DNA of 25,305 bases from Bdellovibrionota bacterium (GCA_044345055.1 JBIJBT010000037.1:1-25305), one strand, 5' to 3'; shown: positions 1-9,223, counted from the first letter of the stretch. The notes: generated from the letters alone by a model not told the origin. Numbers and translations: made by a program.

Positions 1-262
1 CTACGACCCGAAACTTCTGCTCTCGTTTGCAATACAGCAGCCGCTCCTTACCTCTTCTTGCTATCGAAGTAAGAAAAAGAGAAATAAAGGAATAACAAAT
101 TAGGATAAGCGCAACGATTACCTGAACAGAGGGTGAGGCTATGATGCCGATCGCCTGTCCGCCGATGAAAAATAGCGAAACTGAGAGCAACGAAACGCGG
201 TGGAAGATGTTGTACCACCACCGTATCGCCAACCATCGAATGTGAAACCACCAACCATTCAC
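1..262 (-). CDS. Partial (5' end) membrane protein running off the left edge; possibly a ComEC/Rec2-like N-terminus
   Basis: Frame not in the ORF track. From GTG at 262 it is open to the window edge: MNGWWFHIRWLAIRWWYNIFHRVSLLSVSLFFIGGQAIGIIASPSVQVIVALILICYSFISLFLTSIARRGKER..., with two hydrophobic segments. The family guess is weak. Confidence 0.45.
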   Translation of the reverse strand, partial: MNGWWFHIRWLAIRWWYNIFHRVSLLSVSLFFIGGQAIGIIASPSVQVIVALILICYSFISLFLTSIARRGKERLLYCKREQKFRVV

Positions 263-455
263 GAGAGCTACCGATATGCTTTACGACCGCTCTCCCGCTC
301 GACACTTTGGGCGAAAATAGTCCTAGTCTAGATACTCTAAACTTCGCCTGATCGAGCGCCAGGGACCAATAAAGGGAGAAACATTACCCCTCTTTTATCG
401 GCCGCAGAAACCAAAAGTTGCGCAACTAATCAGCAATAGTGTCCCAATAAACTTT

Positions 456-662
456 GTAACTATTCACCCCAGTGTCTAAAAGAGGGTAATTCGAAGGCCA
501 TCAAAAACCGAAAAGGCCTTGGTGATTCCGGCGGCTCGACTCGCTAAACGCTCGTCGGCAGTTTTTTTGCTGAATAGTTAGTTATCTCCCCCCGGCGGCC
601 TTCGTCCGGCACCCCTGAGGGGTTGTGGCGAGTTATTGGGAACCATAGGGGTGAATAGTGAC
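456..662. mobile_element. MITE-like element with 15-bp terminal inverted repeats
   Basis: GTAACTATTCACCCC (456-470) and GGGGTGAATAGTGAC (648-662) match 14/15 as an inverted pair. A third end-like copy GCTGAATAGTTA lies at 569-580. No credible ORF and no clear target duplication. Confidence 0.5.
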
Positions 663-674
663 AAAAAATCTATC

Positions 675-2543
675 CTACTCTTCCTCGGCACCACCTTCGT
701 CCTTTGGTCGATGAAGGGCTCGCCGCAGGGCAAATGCGACCTGTTTTGGCATACGCCCAACCCGAGCAAGGTCCTCGGTCGATGCTTTTCGCATTCTCGC
801 CACACTTCCAAACTCTTTCATCAATCGAAGTCGCCGCTCAGCTCCCACACCGGGGACACCATCGAGTGCCGATCGATGCAGCCTTTGCGCTCGCCGTTTT
901 CGATGAAACGTTATTACGTGACGATGAGCTTCATCGCGAAGAGCCGCAAGAAGATGAGTCACCTCATCATTATCTGCGAGCGGAATAGCTTCTTCACTCC
1001 AAGGCGCAAACAATCGCTCCGGTTTCCTTATTGCTTCTACTCCCCGATAGCCACGCTCGAGACGGGTTTTTGCGATTGAGATAATTTCAAGAGATACTCC
1101 TAATTCATCCCTAGCTCGCAACGCCATCCCGAGCTGTCCTGGCCCCCCATCGATTACGAGGAGATCGGGAAGCTCACCCGATTCAACGGCTCGCCTCAAT
1201 CGACGAGAAACTACCTCGTAGATTCCAGCAAAATCATCTTGCTTATCCTGCTGCGAAATTATGTATCTACGATATTCTCTTCTCAGTGGAGCTCCATCTA
1301 AAAACACACTGAGCGCTCCTACCACATCGGTTCCCTGAAGATTTGAAATATCAACACACTCTATACGCCGTGGTATCTGCGACAAATGCATCATCGTTGC
1401 CAACTTTTTAGCAGCGGTCAGATATCTCGCATCGGCTTGAACTGTTGAACTAAAGTATTGTCGGGCATTTAATTCAGAAAGCTCGAGGAGTCGTGCCTTT
1501 GATCCCTGCCTTGGAACAGAAATTTGTGGGGTTTTTCCCCTTCGAGAGCGGAGAAGATCCGCAATCATTGATTCATTCTCAAGACTAATCGGAATAAGAA
1601 TCTCAGCGGGAATCTCGCGCCCTTCTTCATAAAATTGGCTGATTGCACTCTCTAGAATAGCCTCATCACCAACTTCAACTTCCTCCACAATAAAGGGCGA
1701 GCTATCGTGTACCCGCCCATTACGCACAGCCAAAACATTCACGCAAACCGTTTTCCCCTCGCGGTAGATCGCCCACACATCGCGATGCTCCCCCCGATGA
1801 AACTCTACCTGCTCACCACGAGAAAATTTAGCGAGGACTTCGATGCGATCTCTCACTATCGCTGCCTCCTCGAATCGAAGCTCTGAAGCAGCTCGCCCCT
1901 CTTGTTCGCCAAGATCTTCGAGTAGCTGGGTGGTGCGACCTTTAAGGAGTGCTACTATTTCTCTGACCCACTGGTGATATTGGTCCTCATCGACCGTTAA
2001 ACAACACGGAGCAACGCATCGCTTTATTTGAAACTCAAGGCACGGCCGAGTTCTATTCATAAGTACTGCATCAGAGCAGCTTCTTATGGGAAACAGCTGC
2101 CGGATTACCTCGTGAATACGCCTTACTTCGTGACTATAATTGTAAGGTCCGTAGTAATCAGCAGCATCATCACGCGGGTGTCTCGTGAGCTCGATCCGCG
2201 GCCATTTATGCGTACGATCTATCCGAAAATGAAGAAGCGCTTTGTCGTCTTTTAGTTTTATATTATACCGAGGCTGATGCCGGATGATTAGATCTCGCTC
2301 GAGGATCGCCGCCTGTTCCTCAGATGCGCACACAATCGGCTCAATCGTAACAACGCGCTCCATCAAAGCACCAATCTGCCGACGCCCATCACCCCCCGCA
2401 AGATACGTTCGGACCCGAGCAATTAACGATTTCGCCTTTCCGATATAGATAATTAAACCTTTTTCATCCTTCATCTGGTAAACGCCAGGAAGGGCGGGGA
2501 AGGTATCAACTAGTTTTTTTAATTGGTCGGGATTGGTCTGCAT
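675..2543 (-). CDS. uvrC: Excinuclease ABC subunit C
   Basis: GIY-YIG motif (PGVYQM...IYIGKAKSL), Cys cluster RPCLEFQIKRCVAPC, UVR motif FEEAAIVRD, RNase H-like IECVDISN and DLLVIDGGPGQ, RDEAHRH, and C-terminal HhH (LDGVPGVG). Confidence 0.98.
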   Translation of the reverse strand: MQTNPDQLKKLVDTFPALPGVYQMKDEKGLIIYIGKAKSLIARVRTYLAGGDGRRQIGALMERVVTIEPIVCASEEQAAILERDLIIRHQPRYNIKLKDDKALLHFRIDRTHKWPRIELTRHPRDDAADYYGPYNYSHEVRRIHEVIRQLFPIRSCSDAVLMNRTRPCLEFQIKRCVAPCCLTVDEDQYHQWVREIVALLKGRTTQLLEDLGEQEGRAASELRFEEAAIVRDRIEVLAKFSRGEQVEFHRGEHRDVWAIYREGKTVCVNVLAVRNGRVHDSSPFIVEEVEVGDEAILESAISQFYEEGREIPAEILIPISLENESMIADLLRSRRGKTPQISVPRQGSKARLLELSELNARQYFSSTVQADARYLTAAKKLATMMHLSQIPRRIECVDISNLQGTDVVGALSVFLDGAPLRREYRRYIISQQDKQDDFAGIYEVVSRRLRRAVESGELPDLLVIDGGPGQLGMALRARDELGVSLEIISIAKTRLERGYRGVEAIRKPERLFAPWSEEAIPLADNDEVTHLLAALRDEAHRHVITFHRKRRAQRLHRSALDGVPGVGAERRLRLMKEFGSVARMRKASTEDLARVGRMPKQVAFALRRALHRPKDEGGAEEE

Positions 2544-2728
2544 TCGATGGATTAATGAGGCGTGTGAAACCTTCGGGGGCTAGCTAGTGAATGATATTAG
2601 TGCCTTACCAGTCTACTATCAAAATAAGAGATTCGGCAAAAATAGTGTTAAGAGGCGAAAACTGGAGAATTAACCATATCGAATTGAAGCTTGCTTCGAA
2701 CCAGTCTTATGTGATCGGGCTATTTCCG

Positions 2729-3688
2729 ATGAAAAAAATTGCAATACAGGTCTCAGATCTGACCTTCGACTATACCGATAAGCGAGCTCTTTTCGGAGTA
2801 TCGTTCTCTATTACCGAGGGTTCGGTCACTGCTCTTGTCGGACCCAACGGTTCAGGAAAAACAACGCTTCTGCGACTCTTGGCAGCACTTGAGACACCCT
2901 ACTCTGGAAAGGTTTTGATCGATGGAATCAACACACAGGAGTCGCCCCAAGAGTGCCACGCAAAAATGGGGTATCTTTCTGATTCGTTCGGGCTCTACGA
3001 TGACCTGCGCGTACGACAGTGTTTAGAGCATGCGGCATCGATGCGGTCATTGAGGGGGCAATCGCGACACTCCCGAATTGACCATATTGTAGAAATGGTT
3101 GGCCTCAAGAAATTCCTATACCAGCGCGCTGGTTCCCTATCCCGAGGACAGCGACAACGAGTCGGTATAGCTCAGGCGCTGATTCATAATCCAAAAATCA
3201 TTCTTCTCGATGAGCCTGCGGCGGGGCTAGATCCAGAGGCTCGCCATGAGCTCTCCTCTCTTGTTCTCTCCCTCCGTCAAAAAGGACTTACCCTGGTTAT
3301 CTCGTCCCACATTCTTGCAGAGCTTTCCGACTACTCTGAGTCGATGTTGACCCTAAATGACGGAAAGATATTAGGCCATGTTGCTGTCGGAGATGGAGCC
3401 GGTACGACCGGAGGGACGAAGCTACTGCTGAAGGTGGTTGGCGATCCATCTGCGGCACTTGAGCTCCTCAAAAAAGAGCCTGATGTGCGTGAGGCAACGG
3501 TCGTGTCAAACGGCATCGTAATCACCTGCTCCTTCAAACAACAGGAGGATCAGGCCATCATACTGAAACACCTCATTATGAACGATATACCTGTACTCTC
3601 GTTTGTCGAGCAACGAGCTGATATGCAAGAGATTTATCTCGAACAGGTGGCAGAGAGGGGAGTAATTTCGAGAGGAGCCCTGAGATGA
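2729..3688 (+). CDS. ABC transporter ATP-binding protein (ABC-2/DrrA-like exporter)
   Basis: Walker A GPNGSGKTT, signature LSRGQRQR, Walker B LLDEP, H-loop SSH. Start moved to ATG 2729 (MKKIAIQV), where the domain begins. Confidence 0.93.
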   Translation: MKKIAIQVSDLTFDYTDKRALFGVSFSITEGSVTALVGPNGSGKTTLLRLLAALETPYSGKVLIDGINTQESPQECHAKMGYLSDSFGLYDDLRVRQCLEHAASMRSLRGQSRHSRIDHIVEMVGLKKFLYQRAGSLSRGQRQRVGIAQALIHNPKIILLDEPAAGLDPEARHELSSLVLSLRQKGLTLVISSHILAELSDYSESMLTLNDGKILGHVAVGDGAGTTGGTKLLLKVVGDPSAALELLKKEPDVREATVVSNGIVITCSFKQQEDQAIILKHLIMNDIPVLSFVEQRADMQEIYLEQVAERGVISRGALR

Positions 3689-5028
3689 GTCTAGAGATAA
3701 ATCCAGAGATACGAAGGCATATCTGGCTTGAGCTTTCAGTTGCAAGGGTCGTTACCCTGCTGGTTGGGTTTGGAATGGTGGTGGGGATTAATTTTTTATC
3801 TGCGTCTGAGCCTCTGAAGGGAGCCGGGAAAGCCGGTATTTTTGGATTTACTCTGTTTGCATTCATGGCTTTTTTTCGAAGCTCGAAGAGTGTCTCTGTT
3901 GAGGTTGAGGACAATACCTGGGATTTTCAGAGAATGTCATCGGCCAGTGTCTGGAATATGACTCTAGGAAAGATGCTTGGTGCTCCGATTTTTCCACTTC
4001 TGGGTGCAGGAATTTCTATCGCACTCGTTGGGGTTGGTTTTTTCGGTCGGCCGTTTTCCCCGTTTGCTACCAGCCGTCTGGTAATAACTCTCATCGGAGT
4101 TCTGATTCTCGTTTGTGCTGTGGGAGTAATGAACAGCCTGGACTCGACCAGAGAGCTTCGTATCCATCGCCGAGGTAAGGCGCAAATGGGGGGGTTGGGA
4201 TTCATTCTCATACCATTTCTTTGTTGGCAGATTCCTCCTTTTTTTGACACAAAGACCTTAATGGGAACCTCTGCCGTGAAGGAGGTTTTTTGGTGGGGGA
4301 TACGTTTTGATATCCTCAATTTCAACGCTATCTCAGTTCTTGTATTCATGGGCTGGGCGGTTCTTGCAGCTTTTCGGCTCATGCAATCAGAGCTGCAATT
4401 TGAGCAATCGCCTTGGGCCTGGACCCTTTTTTGCGGATTTCTGTGGCTCTACATTGAACCGCTTTGGGTCGCCACATTACCCGCACCCACATCAGCTTCA
4501 CTCACTTTAATTCGGCAGGGGGGAGGATTTATATTTTCTTCTCTTTTGTTAGGAGAGATGTTTTCCAAGCCAAAAGATGTCATCGCCCTCCGAAAGTTTG
4601 GTGTGGCTCTCAAGCAGGGCGATATTTCGGAAGCTTGGTTGCGCACGCCCACCTGGTTTGTCACATTCCTTTTTTTTGGATTGGCGATCGCTGTCACTAT
4701 GGTGAAAGTACCAACCTTACCGGGGCGGATGTTTGTCGCTTCCTGGTTTCTGTTCGTATTGCGGGATGTTTGCGTTGTTCTTTCCTTTCACCTGATCTCA
4801 CCAAATCACCGCCGGAATGGACGCTCAATCTTTATCTACCTTTTATTTGCGTACGGTCTTGCGCCTCTCTTTTTTGGTTCAATAAACGGTAATCTCGGCA
4901 AATTATTTTTACCGATGCATCCCGTTATTTCTCTTCTTGGTTCGATGATTGGAGCGGTTTTAGCCCTGTTTCTCCTGATAAATTCCTGGATTAAATCGCC
5001 AGCTAGCAGGGTCGTGAAGGATGCTTAG
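3685..5028 (+). CDS. ABC transporter permease (polytopic membrane protein)
   Basis: ATGA overlap with the ATPase gene, many TM segments, and an ABC-2-type motif SVSVEVEDNTWDFQRMS...GKMLG. Confidence 0.8.
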   Translation: MSLEINPEIRRHIWLELSVARVVTLLVGFGMVVGINFLSASEPLKGAGKAGIFGFTLFAFMAFFRSSKSVSVEVEDNTWDFQRMSSASVWNMTLGKMLGAPIFPLLGAGISIALVGVGFFGRPFSPFATSRLVITLIGVLILVCAVGVMNSLDSTRELRIHRRGKAQMGGLGFILIPFLCWQIPPFFDTKTLMGTSAVKEVFWWGIRFDILNFNAISVLVFMGWAVLAAFRLMQSELQFEQSPWAWTLFCGFLWLYIEPLWVATLPAPTSASLTLIRQGGGFIFSSLLLGEMFSKPKDVIALRKFGVALKQGDISEAWLRTPTWFVTFLFFGLAIAVTMVKVPTLPGRMFVASWFLFVLRDVCVVLSFHLISPNHRRNGRSIFIYLLFAYGLAPLFFGSINGNLGKLFLPMHPVISLLGSMIGAVLALFLLINSWIKSPASRVVKDA

Positions 5029-5165
5029 ATAGAGGGCGATCTCCTCATTCTCTCCGTTTGAGGAGTGCGGTGATACCGTAGTATCATTGGGGAATCGGGC
5101 AACCTGGCCGGTCCTATCCCGAAATATACGAGAACCCCCACTTAAAATCTTTCAAGCGTCGCACC

Positions 5166-6590
5166 ATGACACCCACCCTCACCCTTCACAACACCCTCTC
5201 CGGGCGGCTCGAACCATTTTGTCCGAAAGACCCAACCGAGGTAAAAGTCTACTGCTGCGGCCCAACCGTTTACAGCTTTCAACATATCGGCAACTTTAAA
5301 ACGTTCCTCTTTGAGGACCTTCTCGTTCGTACACTTCGCCTCATTGGATACGGAGTCAAGCATGTCATGAACATCACCGACGTCGGGCACCTCACCGATG
5401 ATGCCGATAGTGGTGAGGATAAGATGCGTCGTGAGGGAAAAAGCTCGGCTGAGATCGCGGCGTTTTATACCGATCGTTTTTTCACTGATTGGGATGCTCT
5501 TAATTTGGTGCGTCCTACAGTTGTATGCAAAGCAACTGACCACATTCAGCAGATGATCTCACTTGTTGAGCGTCTCCAAAAGGCGGGCTATGCATATGAG
5601 GCAGGAGGAAACGTCTATTTTGATGTTGAGAAATTCGCCTCTTATGGAGAGCTCGGACGACTTGATCTTGAGGGGATGCGTGCTGGAGCTCGGATCGCGG
5701 TCGACCCTCATAAGAAAAGCCCCTTTGATTTTGCGCTCTGGTTTACCCGCTCAAAGTTTGAAAATCAGGAGCTCACCTGGGATTCTCCTTGGGGCCGAGG
5801 GTATCCTGGATGCCATATCGAATGTAGTGCGATGGGAATGTGTCATTTAGGTGAACAGGTAGATATTCATTGCGGCGGTATAGATCATATTCCTGTGCAT
5901 CACACCAACGAAATCGCCCAATCAGAGGCAGCTATTGGTCATCGCTGGGTTTCGACCTGGATGCACGGTGAGTTTATGCAAATAAATGCCGAGAAGATGT
6001 CAAAGAGCATCGGCAATTTGATCTGCCTCTCTGATCTTGCAGAACGAGGGATCTCCCCCCTTGCGTTTCGCTATCTGTGCCTAATGTCTCACTACCGATC
6101 GCAGCTTAACTTTACCTGGGAAGCGGTCGAAAATGCCCAGGCAGCTTACACAAAGCTCTGCCGTGCGGTTATAAATCTGAAAGCAGCAGCTGAAGAAGAA
6201 GGTGCTGCATCGTCTGTCGCTGATTCATCCTCGATAGAACTACCCCACGAATTTATCGAAGGTCTCTGCGCTGATCTAAACACCCCAAAAGCAATGGCCG
6301 CTCTGATGGCGGTGCTAAAAGACACGACCCGCTCTGCAACAAATAGACTCGCAATTCTTTTGCACGCCGATCAGGTTCTAGGATTGCGCTTCAACGAGCT
6401 CAAAGCCACCACAACAACCGAACTCCCTGAGCAGGTGAAACAGCTCCTCGAAAGACGAGCAACCGCTCGAGCAAATAAAGATTGGAAAGGCTCTGATGCT
6501 CTTCGTGATGAGCTTCTTGCAATCGGGTATCGGGTGAAAGATACGGCGAAGGGTCAGGAGATAGAGTCGGTGAGCGGTGAGGGTCGTTAG
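5166..6590 (+). CDS. cysS: Cysteine--tRNA ligase
   Basis: CGPTVY, HIGN (HIGH-type), NITDVGH, DFALW, HIECSAM, HHTNEIAQ, KMSKS, DLNTP and SDALRDEL motifs. Confidence 0.97.
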   Translation: MTPTLTLHNTLSGRLEPFCPKDPTEVKVYCCGPTVYSFQHIGNFKTFLFEDLLVRTLRLIGYGVKHVMNITDVGHLTDDADSGEDKMRREGKSSAEIAAFYTDRFFTDWDALNLVRPTVVCKATDHIQQMISLVERLQKAGYAYEAGGNVYFDVEKFASYGELGRLDLEGMRAGARIAVDPHKKSPFDFALWFTRSKFENQELTWDSPWGRGYPGCHIECSAMGMCHLGEQVDIHCGGIDHIPVHHTNEIAQSEAAIGHRWVSTWMHGEFMQINAEKMSKSIGNLICLSDLAERGISPLAFRYLCLMSHYRSQLNFTWEAVENAQAAYTKLCRAVINLKAAAEEEGAASSVADSSSIELPHEFIEGLCADLNTPKAMAALMAVLKDTTRSATNRLAILLHADQVLGLRFNELKATTTTELPEQVKQLLERRATARANKDWKGSDALRDELLAIGYRVKDTAKGQEIESVSGEGR

Positions 6591-6673
6591 AATTCTCGCT
6601 CGACAATCACTTTTTGGAGAAGCTCATTGAGGGATCGATTTTTTGATCGTAAGCGTTTACCTCTTTGAAGTGT

Positions 6674-6685
6674 CCTCCCCCTACT
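6674..6685 (+). repeat. Left copy of 12-bp direct repeat CCTCCCCCTACT (putative target-site duplication)
   Basis: Identical to 9459-9470 and directly abuts the left IS end CTGGTCGTTACC. Confidence 0.8.
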
Positions 6686-7136
6686 CTGGTCGTTACCAAT
6701 CCCCCCTTCGCGGCTATCGTCATGTTGATTAAAAAAACAAAGAGCATGCGTCGGAAATGTCACTTAATCTTTCCTTTCCTCTCCGGAGAGTTTGTGTTCC
6801 TGGCATTCCATCGCTTTTGCGTCCGAAGAATCGTCCAAGGGTTGCAACCATAACAAGCGCGTATTTTAGAGTTGGTAATTGCTCAGTAGGGCCTGGATTT
6901 TTGGGAGAAAAGCACTTTAGAGCTTGGCATTCGTGTTCTTCCGAAAACACGGTGTACGGAGCACTTGGTAACTCTCGTCCAAGTTTTGCGAGGTGAATAT
7001 TCTCCACGCAACTACCAAGTCAATGCTCAGGGCTGCCTTAATACTGCGCCCAGAGCCGAGCTGATGATTTTCAATGCGGTAACCGGTTTTTTAACTTTCT
7101 AAGAAATACCTCAATGTACAATCGCTTGGTACACCA
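6686..7136 (-). pseudogene. IS4-family (IS50/Tn5-like) transposase C-terminal remnant with its 3' terminal IR
   Basis: Reads across two frameshifts: WCTKRLYIEVFLRKLK / GYRIENHQLGSGRSIKAALSIDLVVAWRIF / HLAKLGRE...PTLKYALVMVATLGRFFGRKSDGMPGTQTLRRGKERL. This is a degenerate YREK region plus the Tn5-type dimerisation domain. Frameshifts fall at the T6 run 7087-7092 and near 6995-7000. Confidence 0.88.
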
Positions 7137-7250
7137 CAGTCTGAAAAAATGGGTCACTCCATACCTCTAAATTAATTAAACTATTTGATCGACTATCGAA
7201 CCAAAATCAATGTAACGGCTTAAATAGCTTTCAAGTGCGAAAAAACTTAT

Positions 7251-7309
7251 TGAACATGTTCACCAATTATTGAACATGTTCAATAATACTGATATACTGA
7301 ACATGTTCA
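7251..7309 (+). promoter_or_regulatory. Sigma70-type promoter overlapped by three palindromic operators TGAACATGTTCA
   Basis: Palindrome at 7251-7262, 7271-7282 (extends to a perfect 22-mer, 7266-7287) and 7298-7309. -35 TTGAAC at 7270-7275, 17-bp spacer, -10 TATACT at 7293-7298. Confidence 0.85.
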
Positions 7310-7328
7310 ACCCATCATGGAGGTGTAT

Positions 7329-7733
7329 ATGATAACTCTCTTTACATACTTAATATATGTCATTATATCGGTGCTGATTACTGCTTTTGTCGCACAATCG
7401 CTTTTTAAGAATGGACTTACTTTTCTTGTAGATGCATTCGGAGGTAACGAGGCGCTGGCAAAGTCAGTAAATCATCTATTGGTGGTTGGATTTTACCTGA
7501 TTAACATAGGATATGTGCTTTACGTTTTAAAACTTCAAACTAAGCCGGTAGATATCGAATCATCAATTGAGATTTTAAGTGGAAAGTTAGGAACTGTTTT
7601 TATTTTACTCGGGTTTATTCATTTTTTTAATATATTTGCACTCTACCGATTTAGAAACAATTCGGTTACCAAAAGGGCCATAGGTGCAATTGAGCCTGAT
7701 GGATTTATAGCTTCCCCAATCGCCGATCGATAG
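7329..7733 (+). CDS. Small hypothetical membrane protein (about 3 TM)
   Basis: RBS GGAGGT at 7319-7324 favours ATG 7329. Motif NGLTFLVDAFGGNEALAKSVNHLLVVGFYLINIG matches, from memory, a family found beside TetR and DUF393 genes. Confidence 0.85.
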   Translation: MITLFTYLIYVIISVLITAFVAQSLFKNGLTFLVDAFGGNEALAKSVNHLLVVGFYLINIGYVLYVLKLQTKPVDIESSIEILSGKLGTVFILLGFIHFFNIFALYRFRNNSVTKRAIGAIEPDGFIASPIADR

Positions 7734-7739
7734 TTAATT

Positions 7740-7781
7740 TTTACTGCTGACCTTACCAAATGGCGAGTCGTCAGCAGTAAA
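7740..7781 (+). other. Intergenic stem-loop
   Basis: TTTACTGCTGAC (7740-7751) and GTCAGCAGTAAA (7770-7781) form a perfect 12-bp inverted repeat with no U-tract on the + strand. Confidence 0.6.
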
Positions 7782-7820
7782 TTGCTCAATTACAATCTAT
7801 AATTCTAAATCGGTGATTTT

Positions 7821-8291
7821 ATGGAAAACAAGCTATACGTTTTGTATGACGAGGAGTGTGCTCTTTGCATCAAGCTTAAACTTTTACTTGATAATGAAGG
7901 TGCCTATACTCCGATAATAACCCTTCCGATGCGGTTGGCTGTCAAAGACAAAAGGTTCGCCGCTCTCAAATCCTTAATCGAAGATGGTCGATTTGTAGTC
8001 GTCAGCGACAACGGTTCGGTGTATCTCGACTCTAAGGGTAGGATCCGAATCCTATATGCACTACACCGATTTAGGACTATTTCTAAAATGTTTACTCTCC
8101 CGATTGTCGGGCCGATCAGCAGCTTAGCATTAACGAGTCTAGCCAATTCACGGGGATTTTTGAGCTTACTCTTAAGCGTAATCAATCGGGGGAACAAGCA
8201 ACTGAGTATTGAAGAAATAGAGACGACCGCAAAAGATAAGAAAAATGAGATTGCCTATCATCTTAAATGTGATAATAAGAGTTGTACCTAG
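7821..8291 (+). CDS. DCC1-like thiol-disulfide oxidoreductase family protein (DUF393)
   Basis: N-terminal LYVLYDEECALC (DxxCxxC) and a VVVSDNGSVY segment typical of the family. Confidence 0.8.
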   Translation: MENKLYVLYDEECALCIKLKLLLDNEGAYTPIITLPMRLAVKDKRFAALKSLIEDGRFVVVSDNGSVYLDSKGRIRILYALHRFRTISKMFTLPIVGPISSLALTSLANSRGFLSLLLSVINRGNKQLSIEEIETTAKDKKNEIAYHLKCDNKSCT

Positions 8292-8479
8292 AGGTTCTTC
8301 TCGAGATCGAGCCTATCACTTTTTAGTACGATCATTTATATGGCTTTTGATGTGCCTCAGCGACATATTCCCTACTTTATCTGTCCCGTAGCAGCTACTC
8401 AGAGATTTTCCGACACTACCTTAAGAGGTGGTTGTTAATTAAAATAAGATTTTTAATATTGATTTAGTTGTGGGGGTAT

Positions 8480-9223
8480 ATGGTCAAAGCTCCTCCCCGA
8501 GGCCTTGGCGAGATAAGCAAAAAGGATAAGATTTTTGAATCAGCGATGAGCCTATTTCGAAAGAAGGGTTTTGACGCGACAACCATTAGGGATATTGCTT
8601 CTCATGCTGGCGTTGCACTAGGTTCCACTCATTATATTTTTGGTTCTAAAGAGGAGCTCGTTGTACATTTTTTTAAGACTTTACTTATTAGTCAGCAGAA
8701 ACGGGGCGAAGAGATTATTGCTGAAACTCGCTCGTTCTCAATCCGTATAAACAAATACTTTGAATTTATCTTTAATCAACTTAAGGCAGATCGGGAGATC
8801 ATTCGAGCACTTGCGCGAGTCACAGGAGACCCATCAAGCCCGGCTTCATCTCTATCATGGCAGACAGAGGATATCAGAAGTCAATCAGTAGAGATTCTTT
8901 CAGAGCTTGTAAAGGGCAGCGATCTGAAAATTCACCCACTTCTAAGACCCCATGCCGGCGAGCTTCTTTGGTTAACACTCATGGGTATGGCTTTTTTCTG
9001 GTCTCATGATAGGACACCTAATCAACGATGTGCAAACGCAATTACATCGACGACCCTTACTTTAATCCCAGGTGTATTCCGACTAACAACAATCCCACTT
9101 GCAACACGATACGTTAAATTAATCCTCAAGATAGTACAGGAGGCTTTTGAAGCCTTCTCCTACAAAGAGGAGGATAACTCCGAGAATAGCGCCACAAAAC
9201 ACCGAGTATGTGATCTGGATTAA
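8480..9223 (+). CDS. TetR/AcrR family transcriptional regulator
   Basis: HTH KIFESAMSLFRKKGFDATTIRDIASHAGVALGSTHYIFGSKEEL and C-terminal ELLWLTLMGMAFFWSHD. ATG 8480 follows GGGGG. Confidence 0.92.
   Translation: MVKAPPRGLGEISKKDKIFESAMSLFRKKGFDATTIRDIASHAGVALGSTHYIFGSKEELVVHFFKTLLISQQKRGEEIIAETRSFSIRINKYFEFIFNQLKADREIIRALARVTGDPSSPASSLSWQTEDIRSQSVEILSELVKGSDLKIHPLLRPHAGELLWLTLMGMAFFWSHDRTPNQRCANAITSTTLTLIPGVFRLTTIPLATRYVKLILKIVQEAFEAFSYKEEDNSENSATKHRVCDLD

Noticed and set aside
48..305. 85-aa minus-strand ORF in the track
   Set aside because: An overlapping frame on the same strand (GTG 262 to the edge) gives a more protein-like membrane sequence.
2591..2728. Longer N-termini given by the ORF track (also 10295, 11911, 17709, 7317, 8468)
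   Set aside because: The extensions lack domain similarity or overlap neighbouring genes. Downstream ATGs fit RBS, gene coupling or domain starts better.
5029..5165. T-box leader or terminator upstream of cysS
   Set aside because: Too short, with no T-box consensus. The CTCCTCA/TGAGGAG hairpin (5041-5065) has no U-tract.
6729..7007. 92-aa ORF as a functional gene
   Set aside because: It is the last frame of a frameshifted transposase remnant lacking most of the DDE domain.
7251..7309. Short repeats as a possible mini-CRISPR
   Set aside because: The units are 12 bp with 8- and 15-bp gaps, no cas genes are present, and they overlap promoter elements, so they fit operators.
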